From contig NW_027361698.1 of assembly GCF_039654945.1 (NCBI RefSeq), positions 22,940,001-23,004,000 of the forward strand: DNA of 64,000 nt, given 5' to 3'. The position numbers and the translations under genes were made by a program. The notes below the pieces were generated by a model. That model made no database searches and was not told the DNA's origin. It was given only the letters and a program-made list of their open reading frames with translations. Of this stretch, positions 41,297-52,766 are shown piece by piece; position 1 is the first letter of the stretch, and every line of letters begins with the position of its first letter. The stretch comes from Dendrobates tinctorius (lineage: Eukaryota).

Positions 41297-42564
41297 TGGG
41301 TTGCCCTCCCAGGCCTGCGGGGTACTCGATACCGGGCCGGTGTCAGGGGGATGTGTCACAGCAGCGGTGACCCGGTCCGTGGCCCTGGGCACCCAAGTAA
41401 ATGGTGGTTGGTAGTTAATGTAATAGTTCGTGACCCCACCTGTGGTGTTCGGCAAGGGAGGTATTAAGCCGACGCTGCATGCAGATTCGCTGGGACTGAT
41501 GGTGTGGTGCAGCAAAGATGGTGTAGCTCCCCACAGGTGGAGCTGTAGTCCCAGGGCAGTGTAGGTGCAATGGATGAGGAGAGGCGCAGAATGGTGTGGA
41601 TGCTGGTACCCAGATGTAGCGGTGCTGAAGGTGTTAGCGCACAAATGAGTGGAGGACACCAGGGCTTACAGTTTCAAAGCTTTACTCACAGTCCGTGGTA
41701 CACACTGGTGCCTGCCTCCGTGCCGTGTCCTCCAGGGCAGAGACTCAATCAACATCCCGGGCAAGTCAGGGCTCTCCTCTCCAACACTCCGCCAACATGT
41801 ACCTTCCTGAATGACTCCTCTATAGCGCCTTGTGGTGTGAAGCACCCCAGTACTTAGTTACCCTGGAATGCCTCTTGCTAGATGTTCCCTAGAACTCTCC
41901 TTGTACGGCAGACAGCTGTAGCCTACTTCGGGGACTCCCTTCTCCTGAGCCCCGGCTCTCTATACAATTGCTGTTGTGCCCCAAGTCTTGGATGGGAGTA
42001 GTGCATTTACAGCCAACATACTCCACCGGTGTCTGCTGCAGAACCATAAGTGTCCATACAACCTCGGGGACCGGGCCCCGGCCTTGCGCTGAGAACCTAT
42101 AGGCAGGGTTCCTCTTCCAACCCACGTCTCTTCTCTGTTAGCTCTACTCCTTTGTTCCGTACTTGTCTCTCTCTCTTATGGATGCTTAGGTTGCAGTTCT
42201 ACGTCTTCCTCCTTCTCTTCGGACCCGTCCTCAGACTCTCCTGACTGACTGTCCTACTCCCGACTGACCTCCCATCAGACTGACCTCAGACTGATCTGTA
42301 ATTCTAAACCTTCCCAATCTTTTATATGGATCTCAACTCCACCCACCTCCCAGCACATCCAGTGTCCAATGCAGGGAACCACCAAAGGTGCTCTGCTACT
42401 CTCTAAGCACTGAGCCGCAATGTGGCTGTGCAAAACTACCCTGTTGTGTGGGGTACGAGTGTTGGAGCGTGGAAAGGAGTTCCCAACTTACCCAGACGGT
42501 GGGGCACCACACCTTAGGAGAAGGTGTAGTACCTCTGTGACGACTGAGCCTCAGGGGCGCCACA
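41297..42564. mobile_element. Probable solo LTR (Gypsy-like, 1268 bp)
   Basis: TG...CA termini with imperfect terminal IR (TGGGTTGCCC / GGGCGCCACA), 4-bp AAAA flanks, and GC-richer than the surroundings. Confidence 0.6.
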
Positions 42565-42701
42565 AAAACACATGCCCACACTTCTACCTTGTAGGCTGTT
42601 TCTCTGAATGGTGAAAAGCAAACATACATTCAGATGTTACATTTGACCCAGTATGGATGAAGTTGTTTGTTTCAAATTTGGACTAGCATGTGTCACCTTA
42701 A

Positions 42702-43002
42702 GCGGGTTGTCAACTACTCGGATAGCCCAATGATAATTTTCAGACTTCCATCAGATGAAACTGATGCCAGGAAAAATTGAGAGAGATGCTGCTGTTCTCT
42801 TACTTCCTCCAGATATCATTTATGTCCAGTGGATTTGAGATTGAAGTGGCCCATTAGCGGCTGCTAATTGGCTGTATGGCTTACGTCACAGGAGCCTTGG
42901 GATACCCAGTAATGACAATGCTATAATGGAGGCGATTCCAGGGGTGAGTGTACTTTATATATAGCAATTGAGATAGGGTTGTCCAAGTTATGAGTAACCT
43001 CT
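42702..43002. mobile_element. Degenerate Kolobok/T2-type MITE
   Basis: TTAA|GCGGGTTGTCAACTACTCGGA...GGGTTGTCCAAGT; related to 43480-43924. Confidence 0.5.
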
Positions 43003-43479
43003 TTAGGCTATAAGCTTATTTATTCTTTATAATGATAGTTTAAAATCTGAAATGGATTCTGAATTGTCACTGTCCTAGTTTAGGCAACATCTTTTACAAT
43101 TAAATGTTGCTGGAAACATCCTGTGTGCCCATGAAAATGAGTGAAAATGTTTGGTCATGTAGTATGAGTCTTCCAAGACAGAACATTGCAGAGTTATTTC
43201 TTAGATCTGGCTGGTTGAGGAAGGCAATAAGAAAAAGCACTAAAACTGCCAATAAAAAAGGGATAGGATAAATACCTGCAAAAACAAAAGGGACATATGA
43301 AAGTGGCATTTATTTATTATTAATTAGACATCTATTACAATAGCTGACTATAGAGACTTTTTACATATCCATAAGCAATCTCTAAATATGAAAGTACTGT
43401 AAAGTCACCCAAAACAGTGTCTTATACTTGTTCCATATGTTGGATAAATCTGTGATATATTCATGAAGATAATCCTTAA

Positions 43480-43924
43480 AGGGATTGTTTACCACTTGGA
43501 CAACCCCTTCTCATTCCCCATGTTTGGCTTCTTTATAATAAAAATACCTATACTCATCTCTGGTTCAGGTGCCATTTCAGTGGAGTCAGAACTCGCATTT
43601 CCAGGAATCATGTGAGGTTGTTATGTCACATGAGTCCTGCGCCAATCAACTCTGGCATCACTGTCCCCATCTTCCGACAAATAGAACATCAAGAGGGATT
43701 CAAAGAGCAGCTACAGCCCTAACTTCCTCTTTATGTCCAATGTGTCTAAAAGTGGGGAGAGTGAAGCCGGAGCTGATTGTGCGACTTACCAATCTCGCAT
43801 GAATCCTGGGAGAGCTAATGCCGACACCGCTGGAACAGTGTCAGAGGTGAGTATAGATGTTTGTAATTTAATTAGGCCAAATATGAAGAAAGAGAAAGGG
43901 TTGTCCAAGTAGTGGACAACCACT
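43480..43924. mobile_element. Kolobok/T2-type MITE
   Basis: TTAA at both ends; long imperfect TIR ...CTTGGACAACCC / GGGTTGTCCAAG... Confidence 0.75.
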
Positions 43925-43954
43925 TTAAAATATTCTAACAATACCAAAAGACCA

Positions 43955-44485
43955 AATCAGTTATCATCTTTGCCTTGATGAGGGGCAATACCCACAAACA
44001 CCGTGTCTGAAAACTGAGATTCTGATTTGCCTTTTATCTGAAGTCACATTTCAAGGCCCGTTAAAGGGTCGATAGTGACTTGTAGAATTGCTGCATCCAA
44101 CAGGTGACGCTATAGAGTTCAAGTCCTCTTCCTCTCTGAAGAGGCAATTTGTATATAAAATTGCCCAGAGGATCATTGCACAGCAAATAAGCCTACAAAC
44201 GTTGAAATGCCAGAGCTGGTATGTCACTCTGCACAATGAGAAACTACCCCTTTGACCTCAGTCCAGAGACTCACACCTAGCCTAATCAATTCTCACACAT
44301 TGCACTGATGAGGGGCAGTACCCCGAAACACCATGTCTCAAATTGAAATTCTGATTTGACTTTTATCCTAACTCACATCTTAAGGTCTGTTAAAGGGTTG
44401 ATAGAGACTTTTAGGTTTGCTGCTTCCAACAGGTGGTGCTCTAGAGTTCAAGTTCTCTTCCTCTCTGAAGATGCAATTTGCATAT
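43955..44485 (+). mobile_element. Satellite-2-like / non-LTR retrozyme tandem repeat (330-bp period, ~1.6 units)
   Basis: (T/C)TGATGAGGGGCA recurs at 43975 and 44305, with colinear downstream sequence. Each unit carries a hammerhead motif. Confidence 0.8.
44291..44350 (+). ncRNA. Type I hammerhead ribozyme motif
   Basis: UUGCA-CUGAUGA-GGGG(CAGUA)CCCC-GAAA-CA(CCA)U-GUC with a canonical core and predicted cleavage after 44337. The 3' strand of helix I is mutated in this copy. Confidence 0.8.
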
Positions 44486-44663
44486 TATCTAACAATATCA
44501 AAACTCAGTAATAGAGCTGAAGAAAAACAACTAATCCAAAAAATAAGTTTTACAGAAATATATTTTCACAACACACACAATGTCTTCTTAGAAATAGTGA
44601 CCCAATCCCCTATGCTCTCAGGGGTCAATTTGTAAGAAAACAGGCTGTCCATGCAACCATTAA

Positions 44664-45268
44664 AGGGAATATGTCACCGACTCACCACATTTGACCTATC
44701 TAAACTGTTAATATGGGCATCCAGGTTATAGACTGCTGAAACAAGTCCAAACTGTATGACTCATATCAGATGCCTTGTTGTTGAGAAATCATATTTTCTT
44801 ACTTTATTTAAATGACATGATCCAGGCTATGGGGAGGATGCTGCCTGGAAGACAACTTTGCTGTCAGAGATTATTTTACAGGAACGAGGAATTACCAGTG
44901 TGATGTGTAATCGTTACCAGTGTGATACGTAATGGCCGCTCTCTGCTCTCCCGATCTCACTGCAGAGCTAACGCATCTGCAGGTTCCGCTAAGCTTCAGC
45001 TTCCATTTCATAGGCAGACAGGGATGTACCACATTTTTCAGACTTTAAGACACACTAGAGCTGCAAAATACTCTGGAGGCAGAGTTATCTTCCAGGCAGC
45101 GTCCTTCCCAGAGCCTGGAAGAGGTAATTTACATAAAGAGATCAAAGTAGATTTATCAACAACAAGACCTCTGATATGCGGCCTACAGGTATCACTCTCC
45201 TCCACAGTCTATAACCTGTTTGCCCATAGTACTAGTTTAGATAGATCAAATGTGATGACAGATTCCCT
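44664..45268. mobile_element. Kolobok/T2-type MITE with long inverted arms
   Basis: TTAA|AGGGAATATGTCA...TGACAGATTCCCT|TTAA; arms are complementary over about 200 bp. Confidence 0.85.
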
Positions 45269-45536
45269 TTAAGGCTGTTTTCACATTAGTCAACAAATAG
45301 GCCAGTCATTGCTTGTGTCTATTGCTACTTTTGAGATTCGTTTCCACAAAGGTTTTTGTTAGGAATGTGTATTGCTGACTCATATAAGCTCTTAAAAACT
45401 TAGCTCTTGAAAACTTCTGATAACTTTTTCCCAGAGCATGGTCTGAAAAGGTAGACGGCTGAGAGCTGCTCTTTCATTCTCAGTGGTTAGTGCTCAAACT
45501 TTAGTCTGACTTTAATAGGCTAGGATGATTTCAGCT

Positions 45537-45676
45537 NNNNNNNNNNNNNNNNNNNNNNNNNNNNNNNNNNNNNNNNNNNNNNNNNNNNNNNNNNNNNNNN
45601 NNNNNNNNNNNNNNNNNNNNNNNNNNNNNNNNNNNNNNNNNNNNNNNNNNNNNNNNNNNNNNNNNNNNNNNNNNNN
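45537..45676. other. Assembly gap (140 N)
   Basis: Run of n. Confidence 1.
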
Positions 45677-46619
45677 GGGCTGAAGCGGTCTGTTTGTTAA
45701 GAAATTGGATCTGTTTATCTGAAAACAGAGCAGGGATGCCATGGTTAAGGAACCTTTGGGAAAGTACTGTTTGGCTGAGGTCTGACACTATAATGAAGTC
45801 ACAAGACTTTTTTGACTGACAGCTGTCAAGATTTAGGAAAGAGTTTATTTTCTTCAAATTAATTTTTGCTTATCAGCAAGGATTGTTAAAGTGAAAACAG
45901 CATAGTAGATTTACCTAAGGTGGTCACAACTATGCTAATACTATCGTTTGCTGTAACTGCAGCTTGTTGTGATGAGTTGTAAAAGTGCAGCTACTGCGGC
46001 ATATTTTGAAATTGGTGCAGAACTGTAAAATATGTAACATGTTGTGATTGGTACTTTTACTGCAAAATGGCAAAATATTATACTTAACCCCTTCATGACA
46101 CAGCCTATTTTGACCTTAATGACCTGGCCTTTTTTTGCAATTCTGACCAGTGTCCCTTTATGAGGTAATAACTCAGTAACACTTCAACGGATCCTAGCGA
46201 TTCTGAGAATGTTTTTTCGTGACATATTGTGCTTCATGTTAGTGGAAATTTAGGTCGATAATTTTTGCGTTTATTTGTGAAAAAATCAGAAATTTGGTAA
46301 AAATTTAGAAAATTTCGCAATTTTCACATTTTGAATTTTTATTCTGTTAAACCAGAGAGTTATTTGACACAAAGTGGTTACTAAATAACATTTCCCACAT
46401 GTCTACTTTACATCAGCACAATTTTGGAAACAAATTTTTTTTTTGTTAGGAAGTTATAATTAGAGCTGAGCGAAACGGATCGAAAAATTTCAAAAGTCGC
46501 CGACTTTTGGCAAAGTCGGGTTTCATGAAACGAAACCCGACCCTAGGATGAGGTCGGCCACGAGGTCGGCGACTTACGCGCCAAAGTCGCGTTTCAAAAG
46601 TTTGTTTTGCGCTCTTTTT

Positions 46620-46770
46620 CAGCCAATCAGGATCCACGGACACTGTGGGCATCGTGATGACATAGGCACGGGTCACCACCATCTTTCAGAAGGGCATGCA
46701 AGTGATTGGCTTACTTTGGTGGGCGTCACAGGGGGTATAAAAGGGCGTGCACGCCGACCGCCATCTTACT
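46620..46770 (+). promoter_or_regulatory. Candidate hAT transposase promoter
   Basis: CCAAT (~46623), inverted CCAAT (~46705), TATAAAAGG (~46736) and a YY1-like CGCCATCTT (~46759). Motif inspection only. Confidence 0.4.
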
Positions 46771-47330
46771 TCTGCCGATCTTAGCATAGGGAGAGGTTGC
46801 TGCTGATTCTGTAGGGAGAGTGTTAGGCAGGGAAGAAGAAAAAAAAACTGCTTCTGCTGCTAGCGATTGTGCCTGTACAACACACCAGTCACTGTGTGTG
46901 CAGTGCAAGGGGAGGCTATATTGTGGTGTATCAGTGGTGTTGGTTGTTGGGCTGCCTTCTAAGGCTTCCTGACAGCTGCATTGCTGTTTACCCACTGCTC
47001 TGCAAACTGCTTTTTTAAAAGCAATCCCAATTTTTTTTTTGTCCTGCTGAGGTACTGAGCTGCAAACTGCTTTTTTAAAAGCAATCCCAATTTTTTTTTT
47101 GTCCTGCTGAGGTACTGAGCGTGCATGTTTTCACACCATACAGCGGTGTACGCTCCTCACACAGTACCGTGTAACGGCTGTTATCACAGCCACAGTGAAG
47201 CTATCTGTGTCACTCTGTGAGAATAAGTCGAGGACATGTTCCGTTCTTACAGACCTGCACTCTAGGGAGATTCCTACTCTGCCCAATTCTACATACACCT
47301 TGTAGTTTGTGATACACTAGCCAATTTCTG

Positions 47331-48195
47331 CCTGTGACATAGCGCTGTGATATTCAGTGGGCCTCACACAATCCAAAAGTGTCCAGTGTCCACAAGTGTC
47401 TGCAGAAATTCAAAATCTCCCTTATCCTCTAGTCACTTTGGTCACAGCTGTGCCATCGAGCCTGTGACATAGCGCTCAGATATTCAGTGGGCCTCACACA
47501 ATCCAAAAGTGTCCAGTGTCTGCAGAAATTCAAAATCTCACTTATCCTCTAGTCACTTTGGTCACAGCTGTGCCATCGAGCCTGTGACATAGCGCTCAGA
47601 TATTCAGTGGGCTTCACACAATCCCAAAGTGTCCAGTGTCCACAAGTGTCTGCAGAAATTCAAAATCTCACTTATCCTCTAGTCACTTTGGTCACAGCTG
47701 TGCCATCGAGCCTGTGACATAGCGCTCAGATATTCAGTGGGCCTCACACAATCCAAAAGTGTCCAGTGTCCACAAGTGTCTGCAGAAATTCAAAATCTCA
47801 CTTATCCTCTAGTCACTTTGGTCACAGCTGTGCCATCGAGCCTGTGACATAGCGCTCAGATATTCAGTGGGCCTCACACAATCCCAAAGTGTCCAGTGTC
47901 CACAAGTGTCTGCAGAAATTCAAAATCTCACTTATCCTCTAGTCACTTTGGTCACAGCTGTGCCATCGAGCCTGTGACATAGCGCTCAGATATTCAGTGG
48001 GCCTCACACAATCCAAAAGTGTCCAGTGTCCACAAGTGTCTGCAGAAATTCAAAATCTCACTTATCCTCTAGTCACTTTGGTCACAGCTGTGCCATCGAG
48101 CCTGTGACATAGCGCTCAGATATTCAGTGGGCCTCACACAATCCAAAAGTGTCCAGTGTCCACTAGTGTGAGCAGAAATTCAAAATCTCCCCTGT
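47331..48195. repeat. 130-bp tandem array (~6.7 nearly identical units) upstream of the hAT ORF
   Basis: CCTGTGACATAGCGCT starts at 47331, 47461, 47581, 47711, 47841, 47971 and 48101. A separate 60-bp duplication lies at 47000-47119. Confidence 0.95.
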
Positions 48196-48267
48196 CCTAT
48201 AGACACATTGTATCTTGTTTTACATTACTATATAGTTTGTTGGATTTTGTCTACATTTCTACCAAAA

Positions 48268-51200
48268 ATGAGGAAGGCTGGTGGAAGAGGCCGTGGAATT
48301 GGGCGGGGGTTGGCAGCTGGTAATGATGGTGTTGGTGGTGGATCTGATGGTAGTGGCAAGAGCAAAATAGGACCGAATGCAGGAGGTGTTGAGCCTGCGT
48401 TATCGGCTGGCTCCATAAGGCTTCGAAGGCTTAGTTTTCTAGGAGTTGGCAAACCGCTTTTAAAGCCAGAGCATCAGGAAAAAGTTTTGTCTTACATTGC
48501 TGACTCAGCCTCCAGCTCTATCGCCTCCTCTTCTGAAGTTGTAAAAAGTAAAAGCACTGAGTCGTCATTGGAGGCTCATGTTCATGAACCACACCTTTCC
48601 TTGTGTCCTTCACCCCAACCAAGATTGAAGGATGACGCAGGCCATACTACTGATTACTCCATGGAGCTGTTTTCACATACCATGCCTGGATTATCAAGTC
48701 AAATGGTGAATTACCCAGGCCAAGATGAATCTGACATGGAGTGCACTGATGCACAGCCGCTGATGGATGATTCTGCTGGTACATTCAGTCAGAGCACTAC
48801 ATTGTCCTCACAGTGTACAGAGCCAGATTCTGACCCTGATGAGACTCAGGTGCCCCTTCCCGCACACTATACCACCATACACGGTGACACAGAGGAAGGT
48901 GCACATGACATTGAAGAGGAGGTGATGGATGACCCAGTTGTTGACCCAGATTGGCATCCATTGGGGGAAGAGGGTGCTGCTTCCAATAGCTCAGATGAGG
49001 AGCATCCACAGCAGACATCGACATCGCAACAGCTGTTATCTGGCAGGCCCGGAGCACTCCAAAGACAGGTTCCAAAAATTGCTGGACAGCTTGTCCAGAG
49101 GGTCAAAAGATCACAGCGTGCTAGGCCGCAAAATGTCTGCCAAAGTAGGAAGAGTGCAGTGTGGCACTTTTTTGAACAAAATCCTCATGATCAGGCCAAG
49201 GTTATCTGTAAGAAGTGCGCAAAGACCTTTAGCCGAGGGAAAAATCTGAAAAATTTGAATACCAGTTGCATGCTTAGACATTTAAACACCATGCACTTGC
49301 AAGCGTGGACACAACACCAAACCTCAAGTGCCACACGTGCAACTGATCACAACGAAGGTAGTCAGCAACGCTACATTGTTTCCCCCACTGTAAGCCCACC
49401 GGTTAGCACAGCAGCAAATGTTGAGGTGTCGTTGCAAGGCCACAGCAGTCAGGGAATCCCACTGTTATATCAACGAAAGACTGATTCTAGGCCATCAGAA
49501 AGAACACCAACTCCATCACCATCATCAAACCTCTCTCAGTCTGCCCTGTCCACCGCTACTTCCACCATATGCAGCTCTCAAGTCCAGCTCAACCTCCCAG
49601 ACACTATGAGTAGGTCAAGAAAGTACTCAGTCTCTCATCCGCGTACACTGGGTTTGAACGCCCACATTGCCAAACTAATCTCGTTTGAGATGATGCCGTT
49701 TCGGTTGGTGGAAAGCGCAGCTTTCCGCGAACTCATGGCCTATGCAGTACCACGCTATGACCTACCCAGTTGCCACTTCTTCTCTCGCAAAGCCATCCCA
49801 GCCCTCCACCATCATGTGAAAGACCACATTGTCCATGCACTCAAGCAGTCAGTGAGCGGAAAGGTGCACCTCACAACTGATGCATGGTCCAGTCGGCATG
49901 GCCAGGGCCGTTACGTGTCCATCACTGTGCACTGGGTTAATGTGGTGGATGCAGGGTCCACAGGGGACAGCGGTGGTGGGACAGTGCTGCCTAGCCCACG
50001 GTCTAGGAAACAGTTGGCTGTAGGTGTTCGACCCTCCTCCTCCTCCTCCTCCAGAAGCGAAAGCTCGTCCACAGAGCGCAGTCGTACGAGCACTCCATCT
50101 GCAGCTGCCACTGTTGCACACGAGGTGTCCCCCTATCGAGCAGCTAGTGGAAAGCGTCAGCAGGCTGTGTTGCAGATGATGTGTTTGGGCGACAGACACA
50201 CCGCCGAGGTGCTGGCCGAGTACTTGAAGCGACAAACTGAGTCATGGCTGGGCAGTGTACATCTTGAGGCAGGCAAGGTAGTTAGTGATAACGGCCGTAA
50301 TTTTGTGGCAGCCATAGCCCTTTCAAAACTCAGCCACATACCTTGCTTGGCTCACACCTTGAACCTGGTGGTGCAGTGCTTCCTCAAAAATTATCCGGAG
50401 TTAACAGCCCTGCTCCAGAAGGTGCGAAGACTGTGCGCGCACATACGCCGGTCGCCGTGTACACTCCGTTCGTATGCAGAAGCTGCAGCGATTGCCCCAC
50501 CTTCCCAACCACCGCCTCATTATCGACATTGCAACAAGGTGGAACTCCACCCTGCACATGGTGGAGCGGCTGTGCGAGCAGAGGCAGGCCATAATGCATT
50601 TGTGGGAGGATACACGGCCAGGCACTTTGAGAGCAGACATGTAGTTGACAGGTGTGCAGTGGTCGAAGCTGAAAGACCTCTGTAAAGTCCTTCAGTGTTT
50701 TGAGGAATGCACACGGCTGGTAAGCGCAGACAACGCCATCCTAAGCATGAGCATCCCACTTATGCGTCTGCTCATGCAAACTTTGACGCACCTTAAGGAG
50801 CAGGCTTCTGCAGCCAATGTTGATGAGGAGGAAGAGGAGGAGGGAATCCTTGATGACATTCAGCCATTGTCTGCTCAGGGACCTCTCCTGGACGAGGTGG
50901 AGGAAGAAGAGGAGGAGGAGGAGGAGGATGATGGGGATGATTACTTAGGGGAGGAGGATGCATCTCGTGGGGCAAGTGAAAATGTTGGCGTGGCAAGGTC
51001 TGGTACAGGGTTTGTGCGTGACTGGAGGGATGTGGATTTGCCAGAAAGTGCTCCTCCAACCAGCACTCGCAGTGCATCATTGACACCGGGAACATTGGCC
51101 CACATGTCAGATTATGCCTTGCAGATCCTAAAAAGGGACCCCCGCATTGCCAAAATGATGAACGATGACGACTACTGGTTGGCCAGCATCCTGGATCCAC

Positions 51201-51801
51201 GCTATAAAGGCAAATTACAAAACATCATGCCACAGGAGAACCTTGACCTAATATTGGCTAATAAACAAGCAACTCTGGTAAATCGGTTGCTTGAGGCATT
51301 CCCAGCACACAGCAGCGGTGATGGTTCTCACACGAGCCGTACGGGCCGGGGTCAGCTTGGCAGAGGTGTTCGTGGTGCACACAGCAGAAGTGGCGTTGGA
51401 GACAGGGGTTTCATGACAATGTTGTGGACTGATTTTTCAAGTACCGCTCACACAACTGGTAATACTGCATCGATGGAAAGTAACAGGAGAAGAGCAGTTG
51501 TCAACTATGGTTACAAACTACTTTTCCTCCCATATCGATGTTCTCCCACACACGTCATTCCCCTTTGACTATTGGGCCGCTAAACTGGACACCTGGCCTG
51601 AATTGGCACAATATGCCTTACAGGAGCTCGCTTGCCCAGCTGCAAGTGTGCTATCGGAAAGTCTTCAGTGCAGCTGGATCAATCCTGACAGAAAAAAGGA
51701 CCCGTCTGTCAACCCAAAATGTGGATGATCTAACCTTCATTAAAATGAACCACGCATGGGTTTCCAAGGATTTTGTCCCACCTTCCCCTGATGACACATA
51801 G
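48268..51801 (+). pseudogene. hAT transposase pseudogene (BED finger, DDE, hATC dimerisation domain)
   Basis: BED finger VWHFF...CKKC...LRHLNTMH; LTTDAW, VVSDNG, CLAHTLNL, TRWNST, WPELAQ...SE.VFSAAG. Frameshifts near 50458, 51495 and 51658, and a TAG at 50642-50644. Confidence 0.92.
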
Positions 51802-52491
51802 GGTTACAGAAAAATGACTTGCTTTGGTCCACCTCTTCCTGGGACTTGACCTATTTCACCTTTTGCATCAGCTGAATGTCCAACATCAACATATGCCACT
51901 TTCTAAAACTCCCTAACTGTGCTGCCTCCCCCCCCATGGCCGGGGTCACCACCTAGCGCACGACACCGTGCGAGTGCCGTTGCCCTGGACAGGTGGGTAG
52001 GCCGACTCTTGGGCGCAGGCACTGGCACAGGGTCCCTCATAGTGCAATCAAGTATCTCTGACGGTGGTGGTGCACACCCGCCGTCAGACACACCGCCGTA
52101 CTATGAGGGGCCCAGTGCCAGTACCGACGCCCACGAGTGGGCCCCCCTTGCTTGGGCAGGGCCCCAGCATTTGCAATCTTTACCTCTCCCTGCTCCTCCG
52201 CTGTGTAGTCTGGGCCGTCAAATCCATACTGTGCCTGACACCGTTTGAGCCTGCCTCCTGATGTATAGACATATATTTTGAATGTGTACGCTATCCATAC
52301 ATGTTATCTGGGGATACGGTACCCTTTCTCACCTTTGTGCAATCACGTGCAATCCATACTGGGCCTAACACCGTCTGAGCCTGCCTCCTGATGTATAGAC
52401 ATATATTTTGAATGTGTATGCTATCCATACATGTTATCTGGGGATACGGTACCCTTTCTAACCTTTGTGCAATCACGTGCCAGAGCCTCAC

Positions 52492-52766
52492 GTGTCCCTC
52501 TAGTAAGCTGGACTCGGACCGCGGGGCATGACGGAGTCTCGTTCGTTAAGGGAATTAAGCTTGCAATGTGTGCATCTGTTCTGTAGCTGGCATGGTTGAG
52601 GTTTCCCAGGTGGAGTCGAATTTAACCGTAGGCTCCACTCCTGGTGGTGCCCTTCTGGACATTCCTTTAAGGTTCAGCTTTGCAACCATACTGCCCACGT
52701 AAAACAAACACTTTGCCTTCATGAACGCTGTTTGGAGGGTCATGACTCGTGGGAATAACGCCGCCC
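52492..52766 (-). pseudogene. Degenerate 18S rRNA fragment in two blocks (52492-52558, 52595-52766)
   Basis: Plus strand has GAGTCTCGTTCGTTA.GGAATTAA, GGCTCCACTCCTGGTGGTGCCCTTC, TTCCTTTAAG.TTCAGCTTTGCAACCATACT and GGGAATAACGCCGCC, the reverse complement of conserved eukaryotic 18S rRNA segments in the correct order. Confidence 0.85.

Noticed and set aside
47331-48195. Regular repeats resembling a CRISPR array
   Set aside because: The units are contiguous with no unique spacers, there are no cas genes, and the context is eukaryotic.
48268-51801. Domesticated ZBED host gene
   Set aside because: It has a TIR, is nested in another transposon, and carries three frameshifts and a stop.
52492-52766. 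Functional rDNA unit
   Set aside because: Only about 240 nt matches, it is diverged and internally deleted, and there is no other rDNA context.
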